A stretch of DNA of 64,000 bases. Source: a virus. The number at the start of each line of letters is the position of its first letter. Within the stretch, counting starts at the first letter, position 1. The notes beneath the pieces are model-generated. The model did no database searches, was not told the origin of the DNA, and saw only the letters and a list, made by a program, of their open reading frames with translations. The stretch lies in IMG/VR virus record IMGVR_UViG_3300023180_000017; one strand, written 5' to 3'. A program made the translations under genes and the position numbers. Below, one piece after another: positions 17,592 to 27,741 of this stretch.

Positions 17592-18611
17592 ATGTCTTTA
17601 TACGTCGATTTAAAATATATTAATATGGTTGCCTTTCGCTTAGAACGTTACAAGCGAAAGGATCAGTATCTTTTCAACTTCAGATGTCCTATCTGTGGTG
17701 ATAGTTCCACAAAGAAAAACAAAGCACGCGGATACCTGTACAAGGTTAAGAATGACATGTTCTATAAATGTCATAACTGTGGTGCGGGTAAAACTTTCGG
17801 AGGTCTCCTAGAATTGTTAGACGGAGAGCTACATAAACAATACACACTTGAAAGATATTCAGAAGGTATTGCGGGTAATCGGGCGAATAAAACTCCTGAC
17901 TTTAACCTCACTTTTAAGGAGCCTAAAGTTCGCCCAAAAACCCTATTAGATGAATTAATGGATAGACTAGATACATTACCAGAAGATCATGAAGTTATCC
18001 AATATGTTAAATCGAGAGCTATTCCAGAACATACATATAATAGGTTATATTTTTTAGACGACATACGAAAAGCAGCACAATTAAATACTAAATACACTAG
18101 CAGTCTAACTGTAGCTCAACCGAGACTTATATTGCCCTTTATTAATAGTCAAGGTAAATTAACAGGTATGGCAATGCGAGGTATAAGGGGCGAAAACTTA
18201 AGATATATAAATTTAAAGATAGATGAGGATGCTCCTACTATCTTTGGTATGGAAGATATTGATGATAGTAAAACTGTCATGGTAGTTGAAGGACCTATTG
18301 ATAGTCTCTTTTTGGATAACTCTATCGCTGCTAGTGGATCAGCATTTAACAGAGTTTCTGATTTGGGATTAAAGGATTACACGATTATATTTGATAATCA
18401 GCCACGTAATCTAGAGATCTGTAGGTTAATAGAAAAATCAATTAATGCAGGTGAAAACGTTTGTCTTTGGCCTGATACAATAGAGGAAAAGGACATAAAC
18501 GATATGGTATTATCTGGTTTGACAATAGCAGAAATAACCTCTATAATAAGTAAAAATACATTCTCAGGTTTGAGAGCAAAATTAAATTTCACACAATGGA
18601 GAAAATGTTAA
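17592..18611 (+). CDS. 61: DNA primase (T4 gp61-like)
   Basis: FRCPICGDS...KCHNCG zinc-binding domain; VEGPIDSLF and KDIND TOPRIM motifs. Confidence 0.92.
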   Translation: MSLYVDLKYINMVAFRLERYKRKDQYLFNFRCPICGDSSTKKNKARGYLYKVKNDMFYKCHNCGAGKTFGGLLELLDGELHKQYTLERYSEGIAGNRANKTPDFNLTFKEPKVRPKTLLDELMDRLDTLPEDHEVIQYVKSRAIPEHTYNRLYFLDDIRKAAQLNTKYTSSLTVAQPRLILPFINSQGKLTGMAMRGIRGENLRYINLKIDEDAPTIFGMEDIDDSKTVMVVEGPIDSLFLDNSIAASGSAFNRVSDLGLKDYTIIFDNQPRNLEICRLIEKSINAGENVCLWPDTIEEKDINDMVLSGLTIAEITSIISKNTFSGLRAKLNFTQWRKC

Positions 18612-19303
18612 TGAATGTGAATTTAGTAGGGATCACACAACCTTCAGCGGCAACGGGTTGTCATAGTGCTAATGAACTTATTTCTTACGCCGCCCGTGTA
18701 AGTAACCCTGGCAATCAAAACAATGCTGAAACGTCACCTAAATTGCTAAAATACCTAATCAAAAATGCTCATTGGAGCCCTTTTGAGATGGTTTCTGTCA
18801 CCATGGAGATTAAGACTACCCGAGACATTAGTAGACAGATTATTAGGCACCGTAGCTTTAGTTTTCAGGAGTTTAGTCAAAGATATGCTGAATCAACTAA
18901 TTTTATAAATCGCGAAGCTAGACTACAAGATAAAAAGAATAGGCAAAACAGTATTGATTTAGACTTGCCTGAGGACTTTGGAAAAGGTGGTAATAAAACT
19001 CAACATGAGCGTCTTTACGAAGAATGGAATATGAGGCAAAGGGAAGTTATTAATAAATCACAGGAAGTTTATAAGTGGGCATTGGATAACGGCATTGCTA
19101 AAGAACAGGCTCGTGCAGTATTGCCTGAAGGTAATACGGAAACCACATTATATATGGCAGGAAATTTGCGTTCCTGGATTCATTATTGTATGTTAAGAAC
19201 AGAACAAGGAACACAAAAGGAGCATCGTCTGGTAGCTCAAAAATGCTGGGACATTTTATCTCAACACTTTCCAGATGTAGCAAAGGCAGTTAATGAACTC
19301 TAA
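18605..19303 (+). CDS. thyX: FAD-dependent thymidylate synthase
   Basis: HWSPFE, RHRSFSFQEFSQRY ThyX motif, EQARAVLP, QKEHR. Confidence 0.95.
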   Translation: MLMNVNLVGITQPSAATGCHSANELISYAARVSNPGNQNNAETSPKLLKYLIKNAHWSPFEMVSVTMEIKTTRDISRQIIRHRSFSFQEFSQRYAESTNFINREARLQDKKNRQNSIDLDLPEDFGKGGNKTQHERLYEEWNMRQREVINKSQEVYKWALDNGIAKEQARAVLPEGNTETTLYMAGNLRSWIHYCMLRTEQGTQKEHRLVAQKCWDILSQHFPDVAKAVNEL

Positions 19304-20369
19304 AATTTTTGTTGCCCTAGCTAGTTATAGGGATCCTCTTCTAACGTTTACAATTAAAACGGCATACGCTAATGCTGCTGAGCCAGATAATCTTGTCTTT
19401 GGTGTGGTTGAACAAGCCATGCCAGGAGAAGCCTTAGACTTAAAGCATCCGTTTTTTAAAAAATTATTAGACAACAATCAATTAAAATATGAATTGATAT
19501 CACCCTTTGAAACACAGGGTTGTTGTTGGGCTAGAGCAAAAACACAGGAAATGTATAATGGCGAAGAGTTTTATTCTCAGTTTGATTCTCATACAGGGTT
19601 TGAAGATAACTGGGATTTAATATATATTAATAACCTTCGTCATTTATTATTATTTCACGAAAGGCCTTTGATAACTTGCTATCCTCCTGGTATGGTAGCA
19701 GAGGACCATGATATATGGAACAATCCTATTAAATACGAATCATCTAAACCTAGAAATTTAAGAACAGGTATGTATTCAATGAATGCACTTACAGTAGGTG
19801 GAGAGAGCGATATTTGGGACGGTGGAAGTAACATAGGTAAACCTCAGATAGAGTTTGAAGAAAAACCAGACCATTATAAATTTTCAACACAGGGAAGATG
19901 GTACGAAAGTAAATTTCCATTTATCAAAGGATTTTTGTTTAGTGCAAATACAGTTTTTACTATAGGTAAATGGTGTAAGGAAGTTCCTTATGATGGGAAG
20001 TTATTGTTTATAGGTGAGGAACCAAGTTTAGCATTGAGGTCCTGGACCAATGGTTACGACATATTTCACATGTCAGGAAATCCCTCAAGGCATTATTATC
20101 CAAGGGATTACAGATTTTGTTATTGGGACAGTGATGTTGACTCGCAACGAGAGCCTGAAATAGATAGAGAAACAATGGACAAACAGTCTAATGAAAGACA
20201 AAAAGAATTATATACTGGCAAGTTAAAGGGAATCTATGGTGTGGGAAAAGTTAGATCTATAGAAGATTATAAAGACTTTTGTGGCATAGATTATAAGAAC
20301 AAGCATTTTGAGATACGTTCCTATACAGGTGAGGGCGTTCTTGATCAAGACTACAGAGAGAAAACATAA
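19293..20369 (+). CDS. GlcNAc-transferase-like glycosyltransferase (GT60-like)
   Basis: IFVALASYRDP, GCCWAR, QFDSH and FIGEE...RSWTNGYDIF motifs. Confidence 0.8.
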   Translation: MNSKIFVALASYRDPLLTFTIKTAYANAAEPDNLVFGVVEQAMPGEALDLKHPFFKKLLDNNQLKYELISPFETQGCCWARAKTQEMYNGEEFYSQFDSHTGFEDNWDLIYINNLRHLLLFHERPLITCYPPGMVAEDHDIWNNPIKYESSKPRNLRTGMYSMNALTVGGESDIWDGGSNIGKPQIEFEEKPDHYKFSTQGRWYESKFPFIKGFLFSANTVFTIGKWCKEVPYDGKLLFIGEEPSLALRSWTNGYDIFHMSGNPSRHYYPRDYRFCYWDSDVDSQREPEIDRETMDKQSNERQKELYTGKLKGIYGVGKVRSIEDYKDFCGIDYKNKHFEIRSYTGEGVLDQDYREKT

Positions 20370-22166
20370 ATGGCAAAAGAGGATTATTTAGGAATACAAA
20401 TAGACACATCGAGAGATGAGTTATTTGATAAGTTAGGGCTCAACCGTCTGCGGGAAAGCTACATGTTAGAGGATGAAACAACCCCACAACAGCGTTTTGC
20501 TTATGTAAGTAAGGCATTTGGTAGCAATGAAGAACACGCACAACGTCTATATGAGTACTCCAGTAAACACTGGCTTTCTTATTCTACTCCTATACTATCC
20601 TTTGGTCGCTCTAAGAAAGGTATGCCTATCTCATGTTTTTTAAATTATATCAATGATACTGCGGAGGGATTAGTTGAGAACTTATCTGAAACAAATTGGC
20701 TTAGCATGTTGGGTGGTGGTGTTGGTATCGGGTTTGGTATCAGATCATCTGATGATAAGTCTACTGGCGTTATGTCTCATCTTAAAACATATGATGCATC
20801 CTGCCTCGCATACCGTCAAGGACGTACTAGACGTGGCAGTTATGCTACTTACCTTGATATTAGTCATCCAGATGTTATAATGTTCCTCGAAATGAGGAAA
20901 CCCACAGGCGATCAAAATGTTCGATGTCTAAACTTACACCACGGTATTAATATATCTGATCGTTTTATGGAGATCATTGAAAGATGTATGACAGATCCTA
21001 CTGCCGATGATGGTTGGAATTTAGTTGATCCACACAGTGGACAAATTCGAGATACCGTATCTGCTAGAGCTCTTTGGCAAAAGATTTTGGAATTGCGAAT
21101 GGAGACAGGAGAACCCTACATACATTTTATTGATACTAGCAACAAATATTTGCCACAGTTTCAAAAGGATTTAAAACTTAAAATTCATCAGTCTAATCTT
21201 TGTTCTGAAATTATTTTACCTACAGACAAGGACAGAACAGCAGTATGTTGTTTATCCTCAGTTAACCTAGAGCATTATGACTCTTGGAGTAAGAACTCTC
21301 AGTTTTTACTTGACGTTGCTGAGATGTTAGACAATGTTTTAGAATTTTTTATTAACAACGCACCAGATGTTGTATCTAGGGCTAAGTTCTCTGCAATGCG
21401 TGAACGTAGCATTGGAGTAGGTGCTTTAGGATTCCACGCCTATTTACAAAAAAATAATATGGCATGGGAAAGCTCAGCAGCAGTAGGTGCTAATATTAGA
21501 ATGTTTAGGCACATTAGGAGTAAATTAGATGAAGCAAACATTGAATTGGGTAGTGGAAGAGGTGAGGCTCCTGACGCGGAGGGCACGGGAAGAAGATTTA
21601 GTCACGTTATGGCTATCGCTCCCAATGCTAGTAGCAGTATTATCATGGGAAACACTTCGCCGTCTATTGAACCTTTTAGAGCGAATGCTTACAGACAGGA
21701 CACGTTATCTGGATCTTATCTCAACAAAAATAAGTATTTGGATTCTCTTATTAAAGACAAGGTTGAAGATAACAAAAAACTTGATTATGACGAAATATGG
21801 TCGTCAATAATTGCCAACGATGGATCTGTACAGCATTTAAATTGTTTAACAGATGAAGAGAAGGCTATATACAAAACAGCAATGGAAATTGATCAGCGCT
21901 GGGTTGTAGAGCATGCCTCCAATAGACAAGTTTATATAGATCAAGCACAGTCCTTAAATTTATTTTTTAGGCCTGACGTACATAAAAAATATTTACACGC
22001 AGTACACTTCCTTGCTTGGAAAAATGAACTTAAAACATTGTACTATTGTCGTTCAGAAAAAGTTGGTAAGGCAGACAAAGTTTCTAAAAGAATAGAAAGA
22101 GAAATTATTAAAGAGATTGATTTAAATCAAATAGCAGATGGTGAATGCCTAGCGTGCGAAGGTTAA
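20370..22166 (+). CDS. nrdA: Ribonucleotide reductase class Ia alpha subunit (short; no ATP cone evident)
   Basis: SCFL, SNLCSEI, APNASSS, TLYYCR and C-terminal CLACEG motifs. Confidence 0.95.
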   Translation: MAKEDYLGIQIDTSRDELFDKLGLNRLRESYMLEDETTPQQRFAYVSKAFGSNEEHAQRLYEYSSKHWLSYSTPILSFGRSKKGMPISCFLNYINDTAEGLVENLSETNWLSMLGGGVGIGFGIRSSDDKSTGVMSHLKTYDASCLAYRQGRTRRGSYATYLDISHPDVIMFLEMRKPTGDQNVRCLNLHHGINISDRFMEIIERCMTDPTADDGWNLVDPHSGQIRDTVSARALWQKILELRMETGEPYIHFIDTSNKYLPQFQKDLKLKIHQSNLCSEIILPTDKDRTAVCCLSSVNLEHYDSWSKNSQFLLDVAEMLDNVLEFFINNAPDVVSRAKFSAMRERSIGVGALGFHAYLQKNNMAWESSAAVGANIRMFRHIRSKLDEANIELGSGRGEAPDAEGTGRRFSHVMAIAPNASSSIIMGNTSPSIEPFRANAYRQDTLSGSYLNKNKYLDSLIKDKVEDNKKLDYDEIWSSIIANDGSVQHLNCLTDEEKAIYKTAMEIDQRWVVEHASNRQVYIDQAQSLNLFFRPDVHKKYLHAVHFLAWKNELKTLYYCRSEKVGKADKVSKRIEREIIKEIDLNQIADGECLACEG

Positions 22167-22170
22167 TAGT

Positions 22171-22815
22171 ATGCAAGATATTGTTTGGGATGATATAAAA
22201 AAATATATACCTGAAGAAAATAAAAGAGTTGGCGTAATGGTTTCCGGTGGATGGGACAGCGCTTGTTTATGGTATATGGTTAAAAAAATATGTACTGAAA
22301 GGGGAATGAGTTGTGAACCTTTTGTTGTCCCTAAATTAGATGGTGCTTTAGTAGCAAGTCAGAATGTTATAAAAACACTTAGCAAAAAACTAGGGGTAAG
22401 TTATCAAGAGCCCACAGTTGTAGGAAAAGAATTGTCCAATAATCCTTGGGATTATGTAACTAATGGTGCTTGGGATATATTTGGAGAGACGGCGGACGAC
22501 AGGTTAGTGGACTTTTTGTTTGTCGGCATGACGGCCTTTGATGATGAAGTACATCAAAGACATGAAAAAGAGGATCCACATCCCAGGTTTGAACCTGAAG
22601 AATGGATGAGAGAATTTGTCGCTTGGCCTTTTGAAAACCACACTAAAGATAAAACTATTAAGTTGGGATTTGACATTGGCATTGCAGACGTTATTATGCC
22701 AATTACACATAGTTGCACAGAACTACAAGAAGGTAGATGTAATAAATGTTATTGGTGTACAGAAAGACAATGGGCATTTGAAAAGGCAGGGTACTTAGAC
22801 ACAGGAACAAATTAA
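22171..22815 (+). CDS. QueC-like PP-loop ATPase
   Basis: SGGWDS PP-loop; HSC-x7-CNKCYWC.ER zinc motif. Confidence 0.7.
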   Translation: MQDIVWDDIKKYIPEENKRVGVMVSGGWDSACLWYMVKKICTERGMSCEPFVVPKLDGALVASQNVIKTLSKKLGVSYQEPTVVGKELSNNPWDYVTNGAWDIFGETADDRLVDFLFVGMTAFDDEVHQRHEKEDPHPRFEPEEWMREFVAWPFENHTKDKTIKLGFDIGIADVIMPITHSCTELQEGRCNKCYWCTERQWAFEKAGYLDTGTN

Positions 22816-23447
22816 TGGAAATAGATTTCCCTAAAGATAAAAGAATAGGTGTTATGGTATCAGGTGGTATTGATAGCACAATACTTTACTACTTGGTAGC
22901 TAAAAAATGTCAAGAAAGAGGACAAACATTAATACCTCTTACTGCACCTAAACCAGATGGTTCTGCAGACAGAGCTAACAAAATGGTTAAATGGATGCAC
23001 GATAGATATGGATTTGCTCCTACAGAAAATGTCATTGTAGGTGAATATTTTGAGACTGATGAAAGCGATGTGTTATGTGTTGCTAGAGGTGTACAAAGTT
23101 TGTTTGACGGGCATCTAGTTGATATTGTAATGACAGGAGAAAACCCATATGACTTTAATGCTTTTAACATAGATCCTTTGTTTTTTCCTACAAAACCTAG
23201 GACCTTTGAATTGTATGATGGGTTTGAACAAAAAACAGGAGGGAAATTAATAGGAATATGTCCCTTCAGAAATTTATATAAAGACGATATTTTACAAATC
23301 GTCAAAGATCAAAAGGACTATTGGCTCAAAAATTTTATTCTAGATGAGACTTGGAGTTGTGTTACTCCTAATGTAACAGAACCTTGTAATATATGTTTTT
23401 GGTGTGTGGAACGTCATTGGGCAATAGAAAAGGTATTTAAAAATTAA
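22815..23447 (+). CDS. QueC-like PP-loop ATPase (paralogue)
   Basis: SGGIDS; WSC-x8-CNICFWC.ER. Confidence 0.7.
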   Translation: MEIDFPKDKRIGVMVSGGIDSTILYYLVAKKCQERGQTLIPLTAPKPDGSADRANKMVKWMHDRYGFAPTENVIVGEYFETDESDVLCVARGVQSLFDGHLVDIVMTGENPYDFNAFNIDPLFFPTKPRTFELYDGFEQKTGGKLIGICPFRNLYKDDILQIVKDQKDYWLKNFILDETWSCVTPNVTEPCNICFWCVERHWAIEKVFKN

Positions 23448-23457
23448 GAGAAGAATA

Positions 23458-24441
23458 ATGTCAAAAAAATTAAAACTAACAGACGAAAGGACTTATTTTA
23501 AGCCCTTCAATTACCCATGGGCCTATGATGCTTGGCTAAAACACGAGCAGTCTCATTGGCTACACACCGAAGTTCCTATGGGAGAAGACGTAAAGGATTG
23601 GAAGAATCGTTTAACAAAAGAGGAACAGGCTTTCCTCACAAACATCTTTCGCTTTTTCACACAGGGAGATATTGATGTTGCAGGTGGCTATGTAACAAAT
23701 TATTTACCTTATTTCCCACAACCAGAAATAAGAATGATGCTTGCTGGATTTGCGGCAAGGGAAGCACTACATGTTGCTGCCTATAGCCATTTAATTGAAA
23801 CACTAGGAATGCCGGAGTCTACTTACAATGAATTTCTTGAATATGAGGCTATGCGCGATAAGCACGATTACTTTACTGATCTGTCTAATGCCAATGGCAC
23901 AAGAGAATCTGTTGCAACTAACATTGCCGCTTTCTCTGCCTTCACGGAAGGCATGCAACTCTTTTCATCATTCATTATGTTGTTAAACTTTCCACGTCAT
24001 GGCAAGATGAAAGGAATGGGACAGATTATTACATGGTCTATCGTTGATGAAACACAGCATGCTGAGAACATGATTAAGTTGTTTAAAGAATATGTACAAG
24101 AAAATCTAGATATTTGGAATGACAAACTGAAGTCTCAGATTTACACTATTGCAGAAAAGATGGTAGAGCTTGAAGATAAGTTTATTGATTTAGCATTTGC
24201 TATGGGTCCTATGGAAGGATTGACACCCGAGGAAGTTAAAAAGTATATTCGTTATATTGCAGACAGACGTCTTATTAGTTTAGGTATGAGAGGTATTTTT
24301 AAAGTTAAAAAGAATCCTTTGCCTTGGGTAGAGGAAATGATCAACGCCCCGACCCATACAAACTTCTTTGAGAACAGAGCAACAGACTATGCACGGGGTG
24401 CATTGTCCGGAGATTGGTCGGATGTTTGGGGAGTTTCATGA
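23458..24441 (+). CDS. nrdB: Ribonucleotide reductase class Ia beta subunit
   Basis: FFTQGD, EALH..AY, EG and DETQH di-iron motifs; NFFENRATDY. Confidence 0.95.
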   Translation: MSKKLKLTDERTYFKPFNYPWAYDAWLKHEQSHWLHTEVPMGEDVKDWKNRLTKEEQAFLTNIFRFFTQGDIDVAGGYVTNYLPYFPQPEIRMMLAGFAAREALHVAAYSHLIETLGMPESTYNEFLEYEAMRDKHDYFTDLSNANGTRESVATNIAAFSAFTEGMQLFSSFIMLLNFPRHGKMKGMGQIITWSIVDETQHAENMIKLFKEYVQENLDIWNDKLKSQIYTIAEKMVELEDKFIDLAFAMGPMEGLTPEEVKKYIRYIADRRLISLGMRGIFKVKKNPLPWVEEMINAPTHTNFFENRATDYARGALSGDWSDVWGVS

Positions 24442-24863
24442 ATAAAAGACTAAGTGCTGTAGTTTATGAGATGGCACAGTCTGTATCTAAACTGTCAAGA
24501 GCAAAAAGATTACAAGTGGGTTGTGTCATATGGAAAGATGGTAGAGCCATTAGTCTAGGCTACAACGGCACACCTTCAGGCTGGGATAATGCCTGTGAAG
24601 ATGAAAACAATGTAACGAAGCCAGAAGTATTACATGCAGAAACAAATGCTATTGCTAAGTTAGCTAGGAGTACAGAGAGTGGGCAAGGTGCTTTACTATA
24701 TACGACACACGCACCTTGTTTAGAATGTTCTAAGTTGATATATCAAGCAGGCATATCTGAGGTTTATTGGGGTAATGATTATAGGGATAAATCCGGACTA
24801 GAATTTCTACACAAAGCGGGCGTTAAGATTTCGCAAGTAGGAGAAATAGATGCCGAAACCTAA
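24438..24863 (+). CDS. dCMP deaminase
   Basis: GYNG, HAETNA and PCLEC motifs. Confidence 0.9.
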   Translation: MNKRLSAVVYEMAQSVSKLSRAKRLQVGCVIWKDGRAISLGYNGTPSGWDNACEDENNVTKPEVLHAETNAIAKLARSTESGQGALLYTTHAPCLECSKLIYQAGISEVYWGNDYRDKSGLEFLHKAGVKISQVGEIDAET

Positions 24864-25017
24864 TATATTAGAATGTATGTCGTGTGAAGGCTGTTTTAAG
24901 GTTGTACACGATATGGATGAAAATTATTATGAAGCAGAGTTTTGTGTTTTTTGTGGAACAAAACTTGAGCTAGAAGAAGAACTAGAAATAGATTATGGAG
25001 ATGAAGAGGACTATTAG
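24850..25017 (+). CDS. Small zinc-ribbon protein with acidic tail (absent from ORF track)
   Basis: 55 aa: CMSC...FCVFCG and a Glu/Asp tail; AGGAG SD. Confidence 0.75.
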   Translation: MPKPNILECMSCEGCFKVVHDMDENYYEAEFCVFCGTKLELEEELEIDYGDEEDY

Positions 25018-25908
25018 ATGATACTGAGAGGAATAACACAGAGTCTAGTAAACGAAGATTTTAAAAACCTTCAGGCAGTTTACGACTATTGGTTTGCTAA
25101 AGGTAAAATGGAAAAGGAAAATCTTGGACTTGTAGACTTTAGAAAAAATGAACTTTATTTCGAAGAAGCAACACAAGATTTTTATGGCACGCACATGCTT
25201 CCTTATTTTCACGAACTCTTAGCCAAGGGACCAGACATCTCAATGCAAGAGTTTTTAAAATACGAAAGATTTCCTAAAACAGTATGGTTGGCTAGAGAGT
25301 TTTTAATGAACAATGGATTTAAAAATCCAATGGGAGTACATTGGGAGCCTAGATTAGACTATCAAGGACCTGAAGATAATTGGCCTGAGGTTAGAGATAA
25401 AGGACTGTGGAGAATACACCCTGGTGGTTCTAGACAAACTGTTTATTATTATTTTGCTCCAGATGAATATAAAATTCCTACCATCTGTTTTAATACACAT
25501 GGAAAGCCTCCTCCAAGAGAGTGGAAAAAGGTTTTCACTCATAGAAGGGAATTACAAGAGTTTTATAATGGACACGAAAATTATTTTATGGAGCTTGTAC
25601 CCGATAGAGGAACATTCATACCTCATATTTTGACAGACAGTAAAGACGTATGGGAGAATGGCTTGAATGAACATCGTAGAATTTGTAATCAATTTAAAGA
25701 CTGGAATGTAGAAACTAACTTTCCTATGGCAGATGAATTGGGTCTAACATCCAGAACAATGAACTCAGAACATACCTTGGTAATGGAGCTAGATCATCCT
25801 TCAGACAGAAACGCACAAATTAGAGCTTGCATAATGCTATGTTTTCCAATACAATCGCTAACTACCGTAATAGAACAATGGCCTGATATAAAGTTAGTTG
25901 TAAAATGA
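25018..25908 (+). CDS. Hypothetical protein, possible ParB/Srx-like core
   Basis: FKNP...WRIHPGGSR motif. Confidence 0.4.
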   Translation: MILRGITQSLVNEDFKNLQAVYDYWFAKGKMEKENLGLVDFRKNELYFEEATQDFYGTHMLPYFHELLAKGPDISMQEFLKYERFPKTVWLAREFLMNNGFKNPMGVHWEPRLDYQGPEDNWPEVRDKGLWRIHPGGSRQTVYYYFAPDEYKIPTICFNTHGKPPPREWKKVFTHRRELQEFYNGHENYFMELVPDRGTFIPHILTDSKDVWENGLNEHRRICNQFKDWNVETNFPMADELGLTSRTMNSEHTLVMELDHPSDRNAQIRACIMLCFPIQSLTTVIEQWPDIKLVVK

Positions 25909-26846
25909 TAAGTGTAAAGAGGGCTGTTATTGAGGTAGCGGGTGGGTGTAACTATAAATGCCAAATGTGTCCTCAAACTACAGGTAGAGGAAAAGAGTGG
26001 ACTAAGAAAATGCCACTCACTCTATTTGAAAAAAATCTTAAGCAATTAGAGCCTAATCCAGAGACAGTAATACAATTAGAAGGTAGCGGAGAACCTACTC
26101 TTGCTAAAGATCTACCTAAGTACATTGAGCTCTGTAAAAAATACGGATTCAAGAGTTATATGTTTACCAATGCCTTTAGATTAGAAGGGCAGTACATGAA
26201 AGATGTTGTGGACGCTGGTGTAGATTTTATTCGTGTTAGTGTTATTGGATACAACAGAGAGAAATATATAGAGTGGATGGCAGCTGATAATTTTGATAAG
26301 ATAAAAGAAAACGTTTGGGCGTTACAAGAATATGTAAAAGATACAGAAGTTAGCAGCTATCATCTAATATTAGATAACCACAATATTAAATATGAGATTG
26401 ATCAATATCGCAAAAATTTTATTGACAAATGTGGTACGAAAGCTTATATTTGGAAACAACATAATTGGAGTGGAAACTGGCAACCCGTATATGTTAGAGA
26501 TACTAGTGTAAGAAAGTCGTGCGGCAGGCCATTTGCCGAGGAAATAACTATTAGAGCGAACGGTAAAGTTACACCGTGTTGTCAAACAATGGGCCCACCC
26601 AATGAGGAGAAGAGTGTACTAGGTGACACTAAAGAACAGAGTCTCGTTGATATCTTTCATGGAGAAAAGTATAACGAACTAAGATTAAAACATGCCTTTA
26701 AACAATTTGATGAAATAGAATATTGCAAAAACTGTGATTTTTTATATGATGATCCAGAAGTTCTAGCTTGGACAAATGATCATACATTTCAAGTTAAACA
26801 AATGCTAGGGACTACTATTAATTTGGATATTAATGATGAGAAATAA
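25905..26846 (+). CDS. Radical SAM protein with SPASM/Twitch domain
   Basis: CNYKCQMC, GSGEP; C-terminal CGRP...GKVTPCC...CKNC. Confidence 0.9.
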   Translation: MISVKRAVIEVAGGCNYKCQMCPQTTGRGKEWTKKMPLTLFEKNLKQLEPNPETVIQLEGSGEPTLAKDLPKYIELCKKYGFKSYMFTNAFRLEGQYMKDVVDAGVDFIRVSVIGYNREKYIEWMAADNFDKIKENVWALQEYVKDTEVSSYHLILDNHNIKYEIDQYRKNFIDKCGTKAYIWKQHNWSGNWQPVYVRDTSVRKSCGRPFAEEITIRANGKVTPCCQTMGPPNEEKSVLGDTKEQSLVDIFHGEKYNELRLKHAFKQFDEIEYCKNCDFLYDDPEVLAWTNDHTFQVKQMLGTTINLDINDEK

Positions 26847-27237
26847 ATTACATTGGACAACAATAATCGGTGAAAAAGTATTAACTGCAATTATAGGAGC
26901 TTTAACTTTTGTTGCAGTGGGAAAATACTTGTATTCCATGTGGCTACTACAGGAGGTAATGCTATCAGATTTGTTTATGTTGTTTATATACGCTGAGGTA
27001 ATAGCAATGATAGGTGCATTTTATAGCACAGAGAGAATTCCTGTTACATTGCCTATTATTATTGCTATCACGGCATTGTGTAGATTAATTATTCTACATA
27101 GTAAAGATATGCAAGGGACACAGCTTTTAGCAGAGGGCGGAACAATACTAATATTGTCTGTTGCTGCCTATGTTATGTCTCTAAAGGAAAAATTAAGTTT
27201 AGAAAAGTTGAGGAAAAATAATGGGAAAGGGAAGTAA
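26833..27237 (+). CDS. psiE: PsiE-family phosphate-starvation-inducible membrane protein
   Basis: DLFMLFIYAEV...PIIIAITALCRLII; four TM segments. Confidence 0.75.
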   Translation: MMRNKLHWTTIIGEKVLTAIIGALTFVAVGKYLYSMWLLQEVMLSDLFMLFIYAEVIAMIGAFYSTERIPVTLPIIIAITALCRLIILHSKDMQGTQLLAEGGTILILSVAAYVMSLKEKLSLEKLRKNNGKGK

Positions 27238-27436
27238 ACCTAGACCTTTTAGTGTAGATCAGAAGACATTTTCTGATAATTGGGACGCAATATTTAATAA
27301 AAAAGTTAGCTTGGACTTTTATGAGTCTGAGAACCCACTAGAAAGACCCTGTGTTCCAAGTATAAATATTACATCTGATAATGGAGATGTAATAGATGGT
27401 GAGAAAAAGAAAACCGAGGGAGAAGAAGGTACATAG
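27221..27436 (+). CDS. Small hypothetical protein
   Basis: GKGSKPRP...F.DNWDAIF motif. Confidence 0.65.
   Translation: MGKGSKPRPFSVDQKTFSDNWDAIFNKKVSLDFYESENPLERPCVPSINITSDNGDVIDGEKKKTEGEEGT
27361..27368 (+). promoter_or_regulatory. T4-type late promoter
   Basis: TATAAATA upstream of the ATG at 27396. Confidence 0.6.
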
Positions 27437-27737
27437 AGTTTACTGTACTTATTTTCCAGATGGCAGGTATTATATAGGATATTCCTGTAAGCCTGAAAAA
27501 CAATATGAGAAATACTTTGGCAGTTCAAATATTGTAAAAGAATATGATGGGGAACTAACAAAAGAAACTATCGCTGTCTTTGATAGTAAAGCACACGCTA
27601 AAATGCAAGAGTTTTTATTACAATGGCAACAAAGACACGATGAGTTATGCCTAAATGATATGATTAATATAAGACTTAGAATGACATTTTTAAAAGAATT
27701 TCAACCATTAGAGTGGGCACCTAACTCACATAAATAA
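27396..27737 (+). CDS. Short GIY-YIG-like nuclease domain protein
   Basis: RVY...YYIG...YFGSS...E...LN. Confidence 0.6.
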   Translation: MVRKRKPREKKVHRVYCTYFPDGRYYIGYSCKPEKQYEKYFGSSNIVKEYDGELTKETIAVFDSKAHAKMQEFLLQWQQRHDELCLNDMINIRLRMTFLKEFQPLEWAPNSHK

Positions 27738-27741
27738 TAAC

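Noticed and set aside
20370-24441. Intron or intein in nrdA/nrdB
   Set aside because: Both ORFs are continuous and compact with all motifs present; the intervening DNA encodes QueC-like proteins, not splicing elements.
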